Positions 26,260-39,482 of a stretch of DNA of 64,000 nt are shown here, one piece after another. This stretch comes from Eledone cirrhosa (taxonomy: Eukaryota). The DNA lies in contig OZ024743.1 of the NCBI GenBank assembly GCA_964016885.1, forward strand, positions 119,784,001 through 119,848,000, given 5' to 3'. The notes beneath the pieces are model-generated. The model did not search any database, had not been told where the DNA came from, and was given only the letters and a program-made list of their open reading frames with translations. Each line of letters begins with the position of its first letter. Within the stretch, counting starts at the first letter, position 1. The position numbers and the translations under genes were made by a program.

Positions 26260-27078
26260 CACATTTGCCCATTATACAGGAGCAAATCATGGAATAGCTT
26301 AGATAGGACTAAACATAAGATAGGGAAAGCCACTTTGTGGTACGGCAACCAGAGATACCCGAGTGTCATGTTCGTGGATGCTACCCATGGGGGGAAATTA
26401 GCTAACCAATGTAGAAAGGCCCTAAGAAAGACCCAGTTAAAGATTAAAGTGGTAGAAAAGCCAGAAACTACCATAAAAACCCACTGTACTAATAAGAAAT
26501 GTGTTATATGTAAAATGAACACCCGGATAAACTGTAAAACTAGAAATGTAGTCTATAGCATATGATGTAGAGAGGGTACTTGCAGAAACATGACAACGAC
26601 ATATATAGGTGTGAAAGCCAAGGAGAAAGAATAGATCAACACGGGGGGGGGGGGGTAAAGGAACAAATAAAAAACGGTTCAGTACTATACGAACACGCCA
26701 GACAAAGACATGGCGGTATTATAGACGACATAGAAATTAAAATATCTAAACATAGAAATGACCCAACAGGTGGGCAAATCAGAGAAGCAAGTGAAATAGA
26801 GCTTAGAAGACCAAAGTTAAACAAAAAAAAAAACGAATGGAATAACAACAACCATACCCAAACAAACAATACTGACTTAAGGGAAATATAAATAAATAAA
26901 TATATATATACACAAGTACAATAACAACAAACACATATAAACACACACTAGTAAACAAAGATAGAATACAAAAACCAAAACACATACACTCAAACACGAA
27001 CACACACACCAAACATTATACACACACGCAAACGCATGCACAGAGACAGAGACAAGAATAAATAAATAAATAAATGAA

Positions 27079-27109
<31 letters not shown>

Positions 27110-27300
27110 AATAAAAATGGCGTAGAGATTACTACAATGCAATACAATAGGAGGGAACATAATAATAGTACCACTGATAATGTTGCTGATGTGCAACGAA
27201 AGAACTTTGATAGACTATATGTATATATTTATATCTGTATTTTTAACCGTTGGTCAATCAATGATAAACATTGATTGCCAAATAAATTAACTATGGAGAT
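26260..27300 (+). mobile_element. Penelope-like element remnant (Cys-rich linker + GIY-YIG endonuclease, disrupted)
   Basis: SVMFVDATHGGKLA..IKVVEK, CVIC, CKTRNVVYSI*C..C..YIG, SVLYEHARQRH, QIREASEI..PKLN..EW. A degenerate plus-strand hammerhead lies at 27171-27210. Confidence 0.85.
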
Positions 27301-27324
27301 ACAGAAGCGAAAACGAAACAAACA

Positions 27325-27512
27325 GTGAGTTGGCAGTATCGGTCGAGGGTCGGGCGCCATGCTTTGACGTATAGAGTTACGGCCTTTGCCATTCTGAGTT
27401 CAAATCCCGCCGAGGTTAACGTTGCCTTTCATCCTTACGGGGTCGATAAAATAAAATACCAGTAATGAACTGGGTAATTCCTGGCCTTGTGCCAAAAGTA
27501 GAAACAATTATT
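27325..27512 (+). mobile_element. main-family SINE
   Basis: Full-length match. Confidence 0.88.
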
Positions 27513-27571
27513 TCTGGCTATAATATTACAACAATATCACCCTCCCCAAGTATAACAACATATATACATAA

Positions 27572-27646
<75 letters not shown>

Positions 27647-27694
27647 TGTGTGTGTTTGTATGTGAGCACGCACGTGCGTATGTGTTTGTGTGTG

Positions 27695-28050
27695 TTACTC
27701 AAAGGTCGGGGTACTACTTGAAATCCAATCAATGAAACTCTCCACAAAATCGTGGAGGCCCCTAACTACAATAAAGGCATGTATCCCATGTCTCTCTCGA
27801 AACTCGGCTTTAACTTCTACATACACATATTCAGAACAGGTACATTCACCCGGGCAATTAATTGCTCACCACTGTCATTCAACTTTTCAGAAAATTTATT
27901 GGAGGTCAAATCATCCCTCTGCACCCTTTCAACAGGAACGACTAAGACGTGGTCGGAGATGAAAGGACGACAGTTGTCAACAATGGTGGTATTATTTTCG
28001 CTGTGTTCTCTCGTAACCAGGAAATACCAACGGGACCAGCACGCAAGTAA
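27695..28050 (+). pseudogene. possible highly degraded Penelope-type RT fragment
   Basis: Frameshifted pieces ETLHKIVEA, SALTSTYTYSEQ and QLFRKFIGGQIIPLH weakly resemble PLE RT motifs 6-7. Confidence 0.3.
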
Positions 28051-28167
28051 GTAATCCCTGGTGATCCTAACATATTAATCCCATTATCCTATTATTAAAA
28101 AGAAACGACAAATTGGATAAATTCTCAGTGTGTTGAATGACAAAGGAGAGATAGAGAGAGAGGGAGA

Positions 28168-28216
<49 letters not shown>

Positions 28217-28947
28217 GGGGGGCTGAGCATAGTAAATAAGAAAGAATGAAAGAGAAGGAGGAAATGAATTGACACCCTTTTCAGATTTGAGACAGTAAGC
28301 TTAAGAGCCAACACAATTTTGCAATAGATTCATAGAGAAGGAAGAAAGAATCAGAGGTTAAAACTTTCCTCATATTTTTTATTTATTCACTCTACACACA
28401 AGCACACATATTTACATACATACATAAATATACGTATGTACATATATATATATATATATAAATGAAAGGTATAGAAAATATTGTAGCAAAAAGCCAACAG
28501 TATTCCATAATATATATATATATATATATATATATAATGTATAATAAACAATACAATATAATTACCTCATTACCAGAGGTTTCCCGAATAAGACGAATAC
28601 GAAAGAAACGTCCTCATTCGTTCGTCGGACAAGGCAATATAAAACATAGTGAAACATTTTTGGAAAGTCTCCTCAAGAAATGCAAAAAAAATATATATAT
28701 ATAAATAAAGGTAATGCAATAGACATATAAAATATATTAAAAAATATAAGGAAATATAGTTAGGTGTGTGTATATGTATGTATATAGACTCACAAATGTA
28801 CATATGTATGTACAAATGCGTGTGTATGGCGAAAATGTGTGCGTAAGTACATATATGAGGGCAAGTATATTTGTGTATATGTAACCACAAATACGGATAT
28901 AATCTAGTTGACACGAATCCAGACGCAGGTATTAGATACTTATATAC

Positions 28948-29014
<67 letters not shown>

Positions 29015-29840
29015 ATCTGCATAGCTTTATATATGTATGTATGCACATAGGTATAGATATATAAATGAATGTATATATACACACACACACACATATATAT
29101 ATATATATCCGTGGGTGGATGACGACTGAGCGTAAAGAGTCCTCTATACCAAAGTAGAACTTTAATATTCATTTATTAAGTCTAAATATTGAGCCTTGTT
29201 ACTCTGGAGTTTCGCCTGTCTGTCTCGGGGAAATTAAAAGATGGTTAAAAAAAGTTCCATGTATTTTATTATACGCATTTCCAAAACAAATATCATCCTG
29301 GGACGATATTTGCGTTCTCATCAGATAAAATAGGGAGACATGATATGAAGCTTTAAAAAAACACTTGTGAGCAAGGTAGTGTTGAAAAGAAATGATATAA
29401 AGATGAACTATTTAAAAGAAATTTGTATCCCCAAGAAGATAAAGGAATTTGCTATAGTGAATTAAAAAGTTAAAACATAAAAAAAATTAGGGGATCAAAA
29501 ACGTCATAGTATGAATGAACTTTGTAGAATGTACTGAAATATGCGAGAAAAGTATATACTTTCAGACGTTCAATCATCTGGCAGGAAGGTATACGTTGCT
29601 GACGATAGCTAATAAGCTTGAAACTAGTACAGCGTTCCTTTGTCAGGGTTGAACAAATGAGCAACGATGGTTGCTAGACACTGTACGGCTTAATTCGAGA
29701 TGTTTGTTTACAAACACATCGAGTATTATAATAAATGTTCGGTGAATCCATACGTACATATATATATGTGTGCATGTATGTATATATATATACATACTAC
29801 TGTACGTCTGTATACATATATGTATGTACGTATGCATACT

Positions 29841-29900
<60 letters not shown>

Positions 29901-30873
29901 TGGTATATACACACACATATACATAAGTATATGCGTCTGATATCCGCCTAGACCAGTTTAGCCCGAAAGAGGGGTTAAAATAATTATTTAATCAGAACTA
30001 TTCATCATATTTAAAATGCGAGGAAATAATACACAAAAATATACCTATTTTTTCTTCAAAGTCCCGACTGCAGTTTCGCCGAATCGCTATGCGGCAAAAT
30101 ACACTATAGACGTGCATCATCGCTGTGAGGTTGATAAGCCTTACCAAGAGACCCCCTCAGTTAGTGGACTGTTTCTTGACCCGAAGTAACAAGTAAGAAA
30201 TTCTCGAGAGGCAGAGGGAGAAATTAACACGTGATACAGCAGTCACAAAAGGGAAGTAAAGGTGGACATCAAACGAGTACAGTATTTGCTAGAAAAAGCA
30301 GTTAGCACCCGCCTGGTTAACTCAACCATAAAGGAGTTTGGGACAATATATTAATGATATATACACATATACATAGGTTTAATGACTTTAAAAAAAAAAG
30401 AGTTAATAAATAAATAAAACGTTATACTTGTTTTACTCTCCCATTTCCAATTCACCGAGCGCTGCTATCATGACTGTATGTGTGTGTTTGTGTAAATGTA
30501 TATGTGTGAATGTATGTTTGTGTGAAAGTATGTGTGAATGTATGTGTATTTGTGTGAATGTATGTCCATGAGCGTGTATTTTTATAAGTTTGTGTTTGCG
30601 CGATTATAGTTATATACTCATAATAGTTATATACCCATACATATATATGTATGTATGTGCACACTCATACGCGTCAGCGTGTAGAAAATCATAATCTATC
30701 TATCTATCTCTCTCATCATACTCTCTCTCTCTTTCTATATATATGGTAGTTGAAGTGGTGGTGGTGGCGACGATATACCGGAAGTGCAGAAATTTGAAAT
30801 TATTTAAGTTAGCGAAATTAAGTTACGAAATTTAGTACATAAATTATGTAATATTCATTCATTATTTATTCAA

Positions 30874-31056
30874 GGTGGATTGGCAGTATTGGTAGAGTGT
30901 CGGATGCCATGCTTTGACGCATAGAGTTACGGCCCTTGCCATTCTGAGTTCAAATCCCGCCGAGGTTAACTTTGCCTTTCATCCTTACGGCGTCGATAAA
31001 ATAAAGTACCAGTAATACACTAGGTAATTGCTGGCTTTGTGCCTAACGTAGAAACA
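30874..31056 (+). mobile_element. main-family SINE
   Basis: 13-bp TSD ATTATTTATTCAA at 30861 and 31057. Confidence 0.9.
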
Positions 31057-31129
31057 ATTATTTATTCAAAGTGATCCAACTTATTTTACTAACTGGATTA
31101 AAAGAAATAAACCGTACGCAGTCCCGCAG

Positions 31130-32138
31130 TCCTTACTATATTATAGTTTATATATATAAATAAATAAATATATATATATATATATATATATATGGATATC
31201 CAATTGAGTTCATCAACAAACTTACCCCATCAGGCTTCCCAACATACATACTTTAAACTGAAGAAAGACAGTTGCATCATGCTTCTGAGAAATCTGGATC
31301 CTCTAAACGGGCATTGCTATGGTACATCATCATCAGTTTACATAATCATGTAATTGAAGCTGAAGTAGCATTGGGTCCCCAATGCTGTAACAAAGTTGCT
31401 AATCCCAAGGATACCACATGTATCTCAAGAGCTTGAGTTCCCTTTCACCTTTACTCGCAAGCAATTTCCTGTCAACAAGGCACAAGGGCAGACATTTGAA
31501 AAGATAGGTGTTTATCTACCAACACAATTCTTCCCACATGGTCAGATGTATGTTGCTTTATCACGAGTTACAAAAAAAAAGAAAATATAAAAATATTAAA
31601 TGAAAGGGGTCTGTTGGCTGACAACTGTGTCTAGAAAGAAATTCTACAGTGATGTGAAACAGTTATCACTCTCTTTTAGTTGAAATGTATTTCAGTTTCT
31701 TTTTAACTGCTAGAAAAGGGACACCACAAAAAGTTAAGAAGTCTATATGTGAATACAGTAAAACAACAATATAGCGAAGGTCAACTCTTCATATTGGTAA
31801 ATGTAATTCATTCATTCATACCAGCAGCATCTATTTTCAAATTCACTTGAGAATATCGATGGGAAGCTTCACTTCCCATCGATATTCTCAAGTGAAGATT
31901 TATGAACATTTTTCGTCAACAGTTTCATCGCTTTTCCATCTCCATTATCGTTTCTTTTTAAATGTATCATGGATTACTTTACTGATTACAGAAGTTAATG
32001 TAACACAGTTTTTGTTCAGTTTGTTCAGTTTAAGTACATATTGTCAATTTATGTATCATATCTATGTGCATATATATTTGCGTCTATACACACTATATAT
32101 ACTAGCAGAAAACCGCTCGAGGGTGGTTCTTCTACTAG
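31130..32138 (+). mobile_element. non-autonomous Helitron with Pif1 helicase C-terminal remnant (31195-31650)
   Basis: IMLLRNLD..NGHCYGT, LIPRIP, FPFTFTRKQFP, NKAQGQT, FPHGQMYVALSRV. A 3' hairpin is followed by CTAG|T at 32135-32139. Candidate 5' end TCCTTACTATA at 31130. Confidence 0.82.
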
Positions 32139-34030
32139 TAAATTTAATGATGACACTTTGACAACTTGTTCCTATTTATTATTAATTATATATATCCATA
32201 TATATATATATATATATATATATAATGATAATAATAAGTTGGTGGGACTAGCATGGGTTTCACTGCTAGTTCTGGTTGCATCTCAGCGTACTCAATAGGT
32301 AATATAAAATTCCAGAGTAGACACAGTTATTCGTATTAATACAACACACGTAAATGAGTTTCGGCCACACTTAATGCAGCAATAGAGTGCACACCATCCA
32401 CTGCCTGCATCTATTATCCATCAATGCACAATCGGCGCATATGGCTTATTAGCTTGTTTCGCCTAATCAATAAACAATCTATCGACAGGATTCGATACCA
32501 GTCCGTGTCGGCTATGACAGTGAATGCGACGGCTAACACGGTAAAACATCAGCAACTGAAATCCCTACCCGTCATCACAATGCCGATATATATATATAGT
32601 CATAGTGTGAAACAGATATTTATATAACAAAAATTAAACAAGACAAGACCAAACGAAAGATAAATAGAAACAAACATAAACGCTAGAACAGTGTTTCACC
32701 ATTATTGACTGGGGGGATGTCTACAATGTCGAGCGGTTCTTAATACTTCTCGACTTAAACCTAATTTGTCTTGTTATCAAATAATCTGTTATTATTGTGA
32801 AACAGCCACCAACTCACTTCACCATTATCAACACATCCACTGTCATCCGTTCATCAATTTTATCACCCTCCTCCTCTTCCTCTCTCCACATCCGTTGTAT
32901 TTTCCGTTCAATTTTCCGTTTTTTTCCTATTGTCTCTTCCCTGTCTTCCTATATTGTCGGTCTTTTCTCCTCCTCTCCTGTTCTGTCCTTTCTCCTATGC
33001 CACTCCTTTTCCATCCCATTCTATAGTCTGTCGCTTCTCTTCCTCTCATGCTGCCTGTCCATTCGTCACTTCTACTATTTCTTTCTTCTCCTCTGCCTTC
33101 CATACTATCTATCTCTGTCTCTTTTACTGTGATTTGACTTAAAACCAGACGTCTCACAGTGACTTCCCATCCTCTACGTTTTCCTTATCAGATATCGTTG
33201 ACACTAATCTAATCTAATCTAATCTAATCTAATTTAATATGACAATCTGCAAATTAACACTCAATTTAAACCAATTACCTACGATTAATTATTAGCAAAC
33301 ACAGAAAGCTTTTAAATAATTCTTGTGACAGTAGCAGTATGTTGAAGTGTGGCAGATTTTGTTGAGGTGGAGTGGCGATGGCTATTGTTCGTTGATAAAA
33401 TAATGATTATATTATGTTAAATCTAAGAATGTGTCAATCTATATATAGCTATGTAAATAACTGATTTGTTATCATGCCCACGGGGAAAGCGCTTTGTGGT
33501 CAACCGATTTGCTAGAAATAAGGATTTCTCACATAAACACGTGATCAAGAAAGTTGAGGGGAGGAAACTGTCGTGTGTAACGATAGAAGGACTCAAATGT
33601 TGCTTAATTCATCGATGCCCCTCATCTCACACTTGGAAGGTAAAAGTAAAGTCGGTCCTGGTGAGATTTGAACACAGAACGTAAAAGACGGCAACAAAAT
33701 ACTGCATTCGTTGAGGTCATCTTTGCCTTTCTTCTCTGTCACCACTTCCACCTTTCGTTCTCTATCTCTATCTCTCTCGGTATGCCTATATTTCTCTCTC
33801 CCCCTTCTCTCTCTCTCACTCTCTCTCTCTCTTCTATTTCTCTCACTTTCTCTCTCTAGCTCACGGATTCGGTTACGTCACGCTGCAAGAAGAGTCAGTC
33901 CAAACCACTTATAGTGTTCTTATCCCCTGAAATGGCGAGTGATTGAGCAAGGGCTAGCCACGTCTTTTCTTATGATGGCTCGATGTATGTCTGTGTGTGT
34001 CTGTCTGTCTGTGTGTCTGTCTGTGTGTGT

Positions 34031-34062
<32 letters not shown>

Positions 34063-34516
34063 CTGTATGTGTGTGTCTGTCTGTGTGTCTGTCTGTGTGT
34101 GTGTATGTGTGTGTGTGCGTGTGTCTGTCTGTGCGTGTCTGTCTGTGTGTGTGTCTGTGTGTGTGTGTGTGTATATAGATTCTTGTCAAGATGTGTTACT
34201 TAAAGTTTCTGAAACACCGAAATGGTGAATATGCGAGGCATTATTGCTAAAATAAAACAACACAAGCACCGAGATTTAATATCATTAGTCATATGATAGC
34301 TATCCAGCATGCATGTGGCTATCTTCTTTTCGTGAAGAATATTTAAGGCGAAGTGGCAAACATTTTGGTATGAGGATCTACGAGAAGGAGCTGTGTCTTT
34401 GGACTTGTTATCAGAAACAATGTGCGGGAGCCTATAATGACATTAGGCTCGACTTGTATCCGAATATCATATTATCACTGATAACGATAACACTTTTCAA
34501 TATATTACTCATCCCT

Positions 34517-34733
34517 AGCAGTATCAGTAGAGGGTCGGACGCCATGCTTTTCAGCATAGAGTTACGGCCCTTTATGATCTGAGTTTCAAATCCCGTCGAG
34601 GTTTACTTTGCCTTTCATCCTTACAGGGTCGATAAAATAAAGCACCAGTAACGTACTGGGGTCGATTTAATTGACTTTCCCCTCTAACCGCCCAAATTAC
34701 TGGCCTTGAGCCTATACTAGAAATAAATATATT
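34517..34733 (+). mobile_element. SINE, long variant
   Basis: Main-family SINE with an extra GTCGATTTAATTGACTTTCCCC segment before the tail. Confidence 0.82.
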
Positions 34734-36653
34734 ACGCATCCCCATCCTCATCCTCATCATCATCATCATTATCATCATCATCCTCATACTTATCATCATC
34801 ACTATCATCACTATAATCATCCGTAACTAAAACTGTTAAAAACTCTACTGATATTATCTTAACAAGCACCTCTTACGTTATGATTTAGAAATGTACCGGA
34901 GAGGAGCGATGAAATATGTACCAGTAATATGGCATGGTCTAACTGAATACTCCATTTGTGATAACAGAAAAGATATGCTTAACACGACGGTCGTTCTCAC
35001 CGTCGCTATCGTGGTCGGCGTCGATTCCGGCGCCATCATCATAGATGCCATAAAAAAATTTCTTTTTTGGCCAAGCAGACGCTTTTAAGAGTTAGCCGCA
35101 CATAGCAATGAAAAGCAAACCAAAACAGTCACTATAATGAAACTTCCGAGAGAAACCGGAAGGACATCGTTCAGATTTTTCTGGCGAATCTTCTTTTTAT
35201 TATTGATTGTATTGAATGCACTGTATCAGTTCTAACATAGATAGGTTGAAAATAATATCCGTTCTGAAAAAATGTCGCAAGTTTATACTGCGGTAAGCGA
35301 AAACAATTATTACACTAGACCGGACCGAAGTGGCAATATATATAGAGAAAGCGAAAGAGGGAGGAGAGAGACGGAAAAAGAAATAGGTAGATAGCTATTG
35401 GTAGAAAGATAGCTATAAACAGAGAGAGAGAGAGAGAGATGTGCCCGCAGACATGCACATTATATACTTACACATACACGCACACTCGCTTGCATAAATA
35501 CACACATATACATTATATATATATACTGTGAGAGAAAAAAGGTACAGCCATCGCCAATAAAACCATCTTAAACTTTATATACTTTTTGAAATCCAAACGT
35601 CACAATAATTAACAGTTCGATTTATCGATTTAAAATGAACGAGTGGTTGAGGTGAGTGATATAAGACTGGTTACGTCAGGTCGTTTAAATGTTAAGAATT
35701 ATGATAGTTGTGAAGATATAATGAAACAAGTAAGAGGAAAGAAATGAAGATGACCATTGAAAATTAGAGAGAAGCTGTTTTCGAATATCGGTTACAGTCA
35801 TACAGTTATTTTCCTTCATTAATTTTGCTAATTGACTTATAAATTCTATAAAGTTCAAACTTCAATTTCTGATTCCTTTTGTTTTGTTATTTTTTGTTGT
35901 TGTTGTTGTTTTTCGGATTTCTCCACGTTTGTGTACTTCTCTACTCAGTTCATCATCCCGGTTTTCTACTAATCACACACATACATACATGTCATTAAAA
36001 AAAAGCAGTCTTGTATTCAGCATAAATTATTGCATACCATTTTCAGCCTTATATTAATTTAATATTAGCATCCTTAAAATTAACATCAGCATCCTTAAAA
36101 TAATGATTAATGTCCTTAGAATCAACGCCCGATTTAACATTATCGCCTACCTCTTGGTTTTTTTTATTTTTTAGCAGAGTTCAATCTGTTGCAAGCAACA
36201 GACCCAGGCTTCTGATTTAAAGATAACCTCCCTTTCTCCCATCGGTCTTCGAAGCTTAAAAAAAAAATGTTTGCTTATTTAGACTAAGCAAATGTACAAA
36301 CAATAAAATTTTATTTTTTTCTAATACCTCATTTAGAGCAGGTTTGGTTGCTATTTCTAGCGATCACTCAGAGACTCCCACGCTGGCTCGAAGAAACAAT
36401 ATTATTCGTGTTGTTGTTGTTACGGGGTCCAGTAGGTTCTGACTAAACAAAGTCCTAAACTATTCGGCCACATTATGTACATGGAAAACTGGCTGCTATT
36501 TCTTGCTGCTTGTGGCAAACACCATGGAACAAAGCATACTTTTGTTTCTATGTGATACTGTCTGTACATTATTTAGTTACAGATAACATTACGAAAAAGC
36601 ATCACAAGTTTTCATCACCAGTATTTTAAAGAATGCCTTTGTGCCTATATAAT

Positions 36654-36870
36654 GTTTTCTGATTTAGGCACAAGGCCAACAATTTTGAGGGAGGGGAAAA
36701 TCGATAAAATAAAGTTCTAATAACGCACTGGTGCTTTATTTTATTGACCCCGTAAAGATGAAATGAAAAAACTAACCTCAGCGGGTTTTGAACTCAGAAC
36801 GTAAAGAGTCCCATAACTGTATGCCACAAAGCATGTTGTCCGACGCTTTACCGATACTGCCAATCCACCG
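36654..36870 (-). mobile_element. SINE, long variant
   Basis: Reverse match, with TSD TTTGTGCCTATATAAT at about 36638 and about 36875. Confidence 0.82.
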
Positions 36871-37406
36871 AGCTTTTGTGCCTATATAATACCACCCAGT
36901 CTTTCCTCCTTAGAGAGTTGGTCTTCAGATATTCCCTCCCTATACACGTATTATTTGCAATTGTTTAAAAGGAACGTTTCTTTATCACAGACGAATTCTA
37001 TAACAGAAATAACAGTATATAGTTTTATCATTCTACATTCTAAATATAAAACCACTCAACTTCTTTCATCATCCGAGGGGTCATAAAACAAATACCAGTA
37101 ATATTCCAGATCTGAATCAATAAATCTCCATTCCTTAGGAAATATATGGGGTTTATCAAATTTAGAAATTTATCATCAACATCAACATCGTCGTCGTCGT
37201 CATCATCATTTTATCGCCTCCAGTTTTTTTCAACGGTTTACCCCGTTTTCAATCGTTCTAAATCTTTTATTCAAGTTTTAAACTTGATAAATTTTAGAAG
37301 AAGTGACCCACCTAATACAGGGGTTCACTCGTAAATAATACGGCACCCCTTTACGGGGTGTCGTATTGTGTAAAAGTATTATTTGAAAAATAAAATTTCT
37401 TTCAAC

Positions 37407-39450
37407 ATGGATAACACAAGAAAGAGAGAGAGCGCTGTCAGACAACACAGAGAGAGGGAGACTTTGTCAACATAACAAGTCAGCGTTCTAGCGAAGGTAC
37501 ATTTAAAAGAAAATATTACGAAGGAAAAGAGGAACAATATCATTTTTAATGATATTGTTACAGATTTAAAATTATCAAATATCTCTAACACAAACACCAA
37601 CAATAACACCAACAACAACACCATCAATAACAATAGCAACAACAAAAATAACAGCGGTAAGGTCGAGAACGACAATAACAAAAATAACAGCGGTAAGGTC
37701 GAGAACGACAATAACAACAGTCACAACAACAATAATAGTAGGAACAGTATCAACAAAAACAACAATAATAACAACAGCCACAATAAGAGTGACAACAGCA
37801 TTAGTACCACGAAATCATCAACAATGAAATCAATACCTGTAACAGCGATCTCAGCACCACCAGCAGGACCAGTAGCGGCAGCAATAGTGGCGCTGCTGAA
37901 AAAGGGACCACTTCTTTTGCAGGTGTCGCCCGAAATATCGAAACAGTGTTAGTCACAGAGGAGGAGATGACAGTCGCAAAGCCATGGTGACAAGAAACGG
38001 CAATAGAGTTTCCTTGAAACCTCCACCCGATTTTTTCAAGGACCAGCAGCTAAGGACGGTAACTTATCGCACCGTAAGCAAAATGTCACATCGTGTGGAG
38101 AGAGCCACGGAGGTTCAAATCCAAAAGGCTTTGGGGTGCGTCTGGGCACGTAAAACCCACATCACCCTAGGTAGAAAGTACGCCACAGTAGACGTGCATT
38201 TCGCCACCCCCAAGATGCGAAGTCTCACTCTTTGGAAACCCTAAAGAGTGAGGAGATAGTCTTGGTGCCCTCCTACTGCGGGCAGAAAATTGTGAGGGTC
38301 AATGTGACCCAGGTCCTACCCAGCGTGCCTATACCTTAGCTGGCCGCGTCTGTCCTTGCTGGAGTCGAGGACAGGACGACCATGCTGCAAGTAGAGAAAA
38401 TAGGGAGAGAGAACTGGTCAGGTATAGGCATGCAAATGCTTATACAAACTGACCATGTATCGACCCTATCCCCGATATCATAGACGTCGAGGAAGGACTC
38501 CAACTCCCTATAAGCGTAGAAGGAAGACGGACAAAATGTTATCTCTGTGGATCAAAGGGTCAGCTCAGGGCCTTTTTCCCGCAGAAGAGAGCGAAGAAGA
38601 AGGCCCCTCTCCTTCCAATACCTGGTCCGTGGCTACCAAGAGCAGGGCAGGAAACAAACAAAGAAGCCCCTTCCACGGTAAGTAGGAGGGCAACATCGTG
38701 GCACCCGTACCAAGGCCACAGACAACTAAAGCATCAGCATCAGTGGCGGCAACATCAGTAGCTACATTTGCAGTAGCTGCACCAGCAACAAAATTGCCGG
38801 AGAGGGCTCCACTACCACCACCAACAACCGTGGAGCATATACCCCTCCCAGACGCCACGGAATCCGACATGGAGTCTGAGGTGGGATGAAGTGGCAAACG
38901 GTCTGCCACAAAAAAACAAAAAACAAAAAAACCCTTAGCTTCACCCTCCAAAAGCAAAGGCACACAAAGAGAGGTAAAGGCTGCAAGGAGACTTGCAGCA
39001 ACACCACCACCATCACCACCACAAGACCACCGCTAACAACAACCACACCACCACCAGCATCACCAAAAACATCAACAACGCAAACGAAACAAAACACACA
39101 CACCAAACAGCAACAAGAAGAAAACAGCAACAAAATCACCCCTATCCCAAAAAGTACACAGCCATAAACAGGGCAAATAAAGAACTCATACAATATATAA
39201 AGCAGCAGACAGACATCACAGAAAAAACTACTACACCCCACCAACACTAAGAACTCTCCCGACAAACATAAGCATCATTGATATCAAAATAGAACAGTAC
39301 AAACTTTTAAAACAAAAATTCCCCAACGCAGTTGGAGACTTCAAAGGGTCGGTTACCAAGAGGATATACACTGAAATCCTCTTGGAGACCTCCATGACCA
39401 GTCAAAAGGACGGTTCTACTGTCCCTTCACCACACGATCAAGGTAAATGA
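37407..39450 (+). pseudogene. LINE ORF1 (disrupted; Asn/Thr-rich with degenerate zinc knuckle)
   Basis: ATG at 37407. EGRRTKCYLCGSKGQLRAFFP at about 38520-38581 is a decayed CX2CX4HX4C knuckle. A 36-bp tandem duplication lies at 37641-37712. Several stops and frameshifts. Confidence 0.65.
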
Positions 39451-39482
39451 CCCTTTCTCACTTGCCCCGTTTCTCATCCAAC

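Noticed and set aside
31396-31590. host PIF1 helicase gene
   Set aside because: It is a frameshifted, intronless fragment followed by a Helitron-type 3' end.
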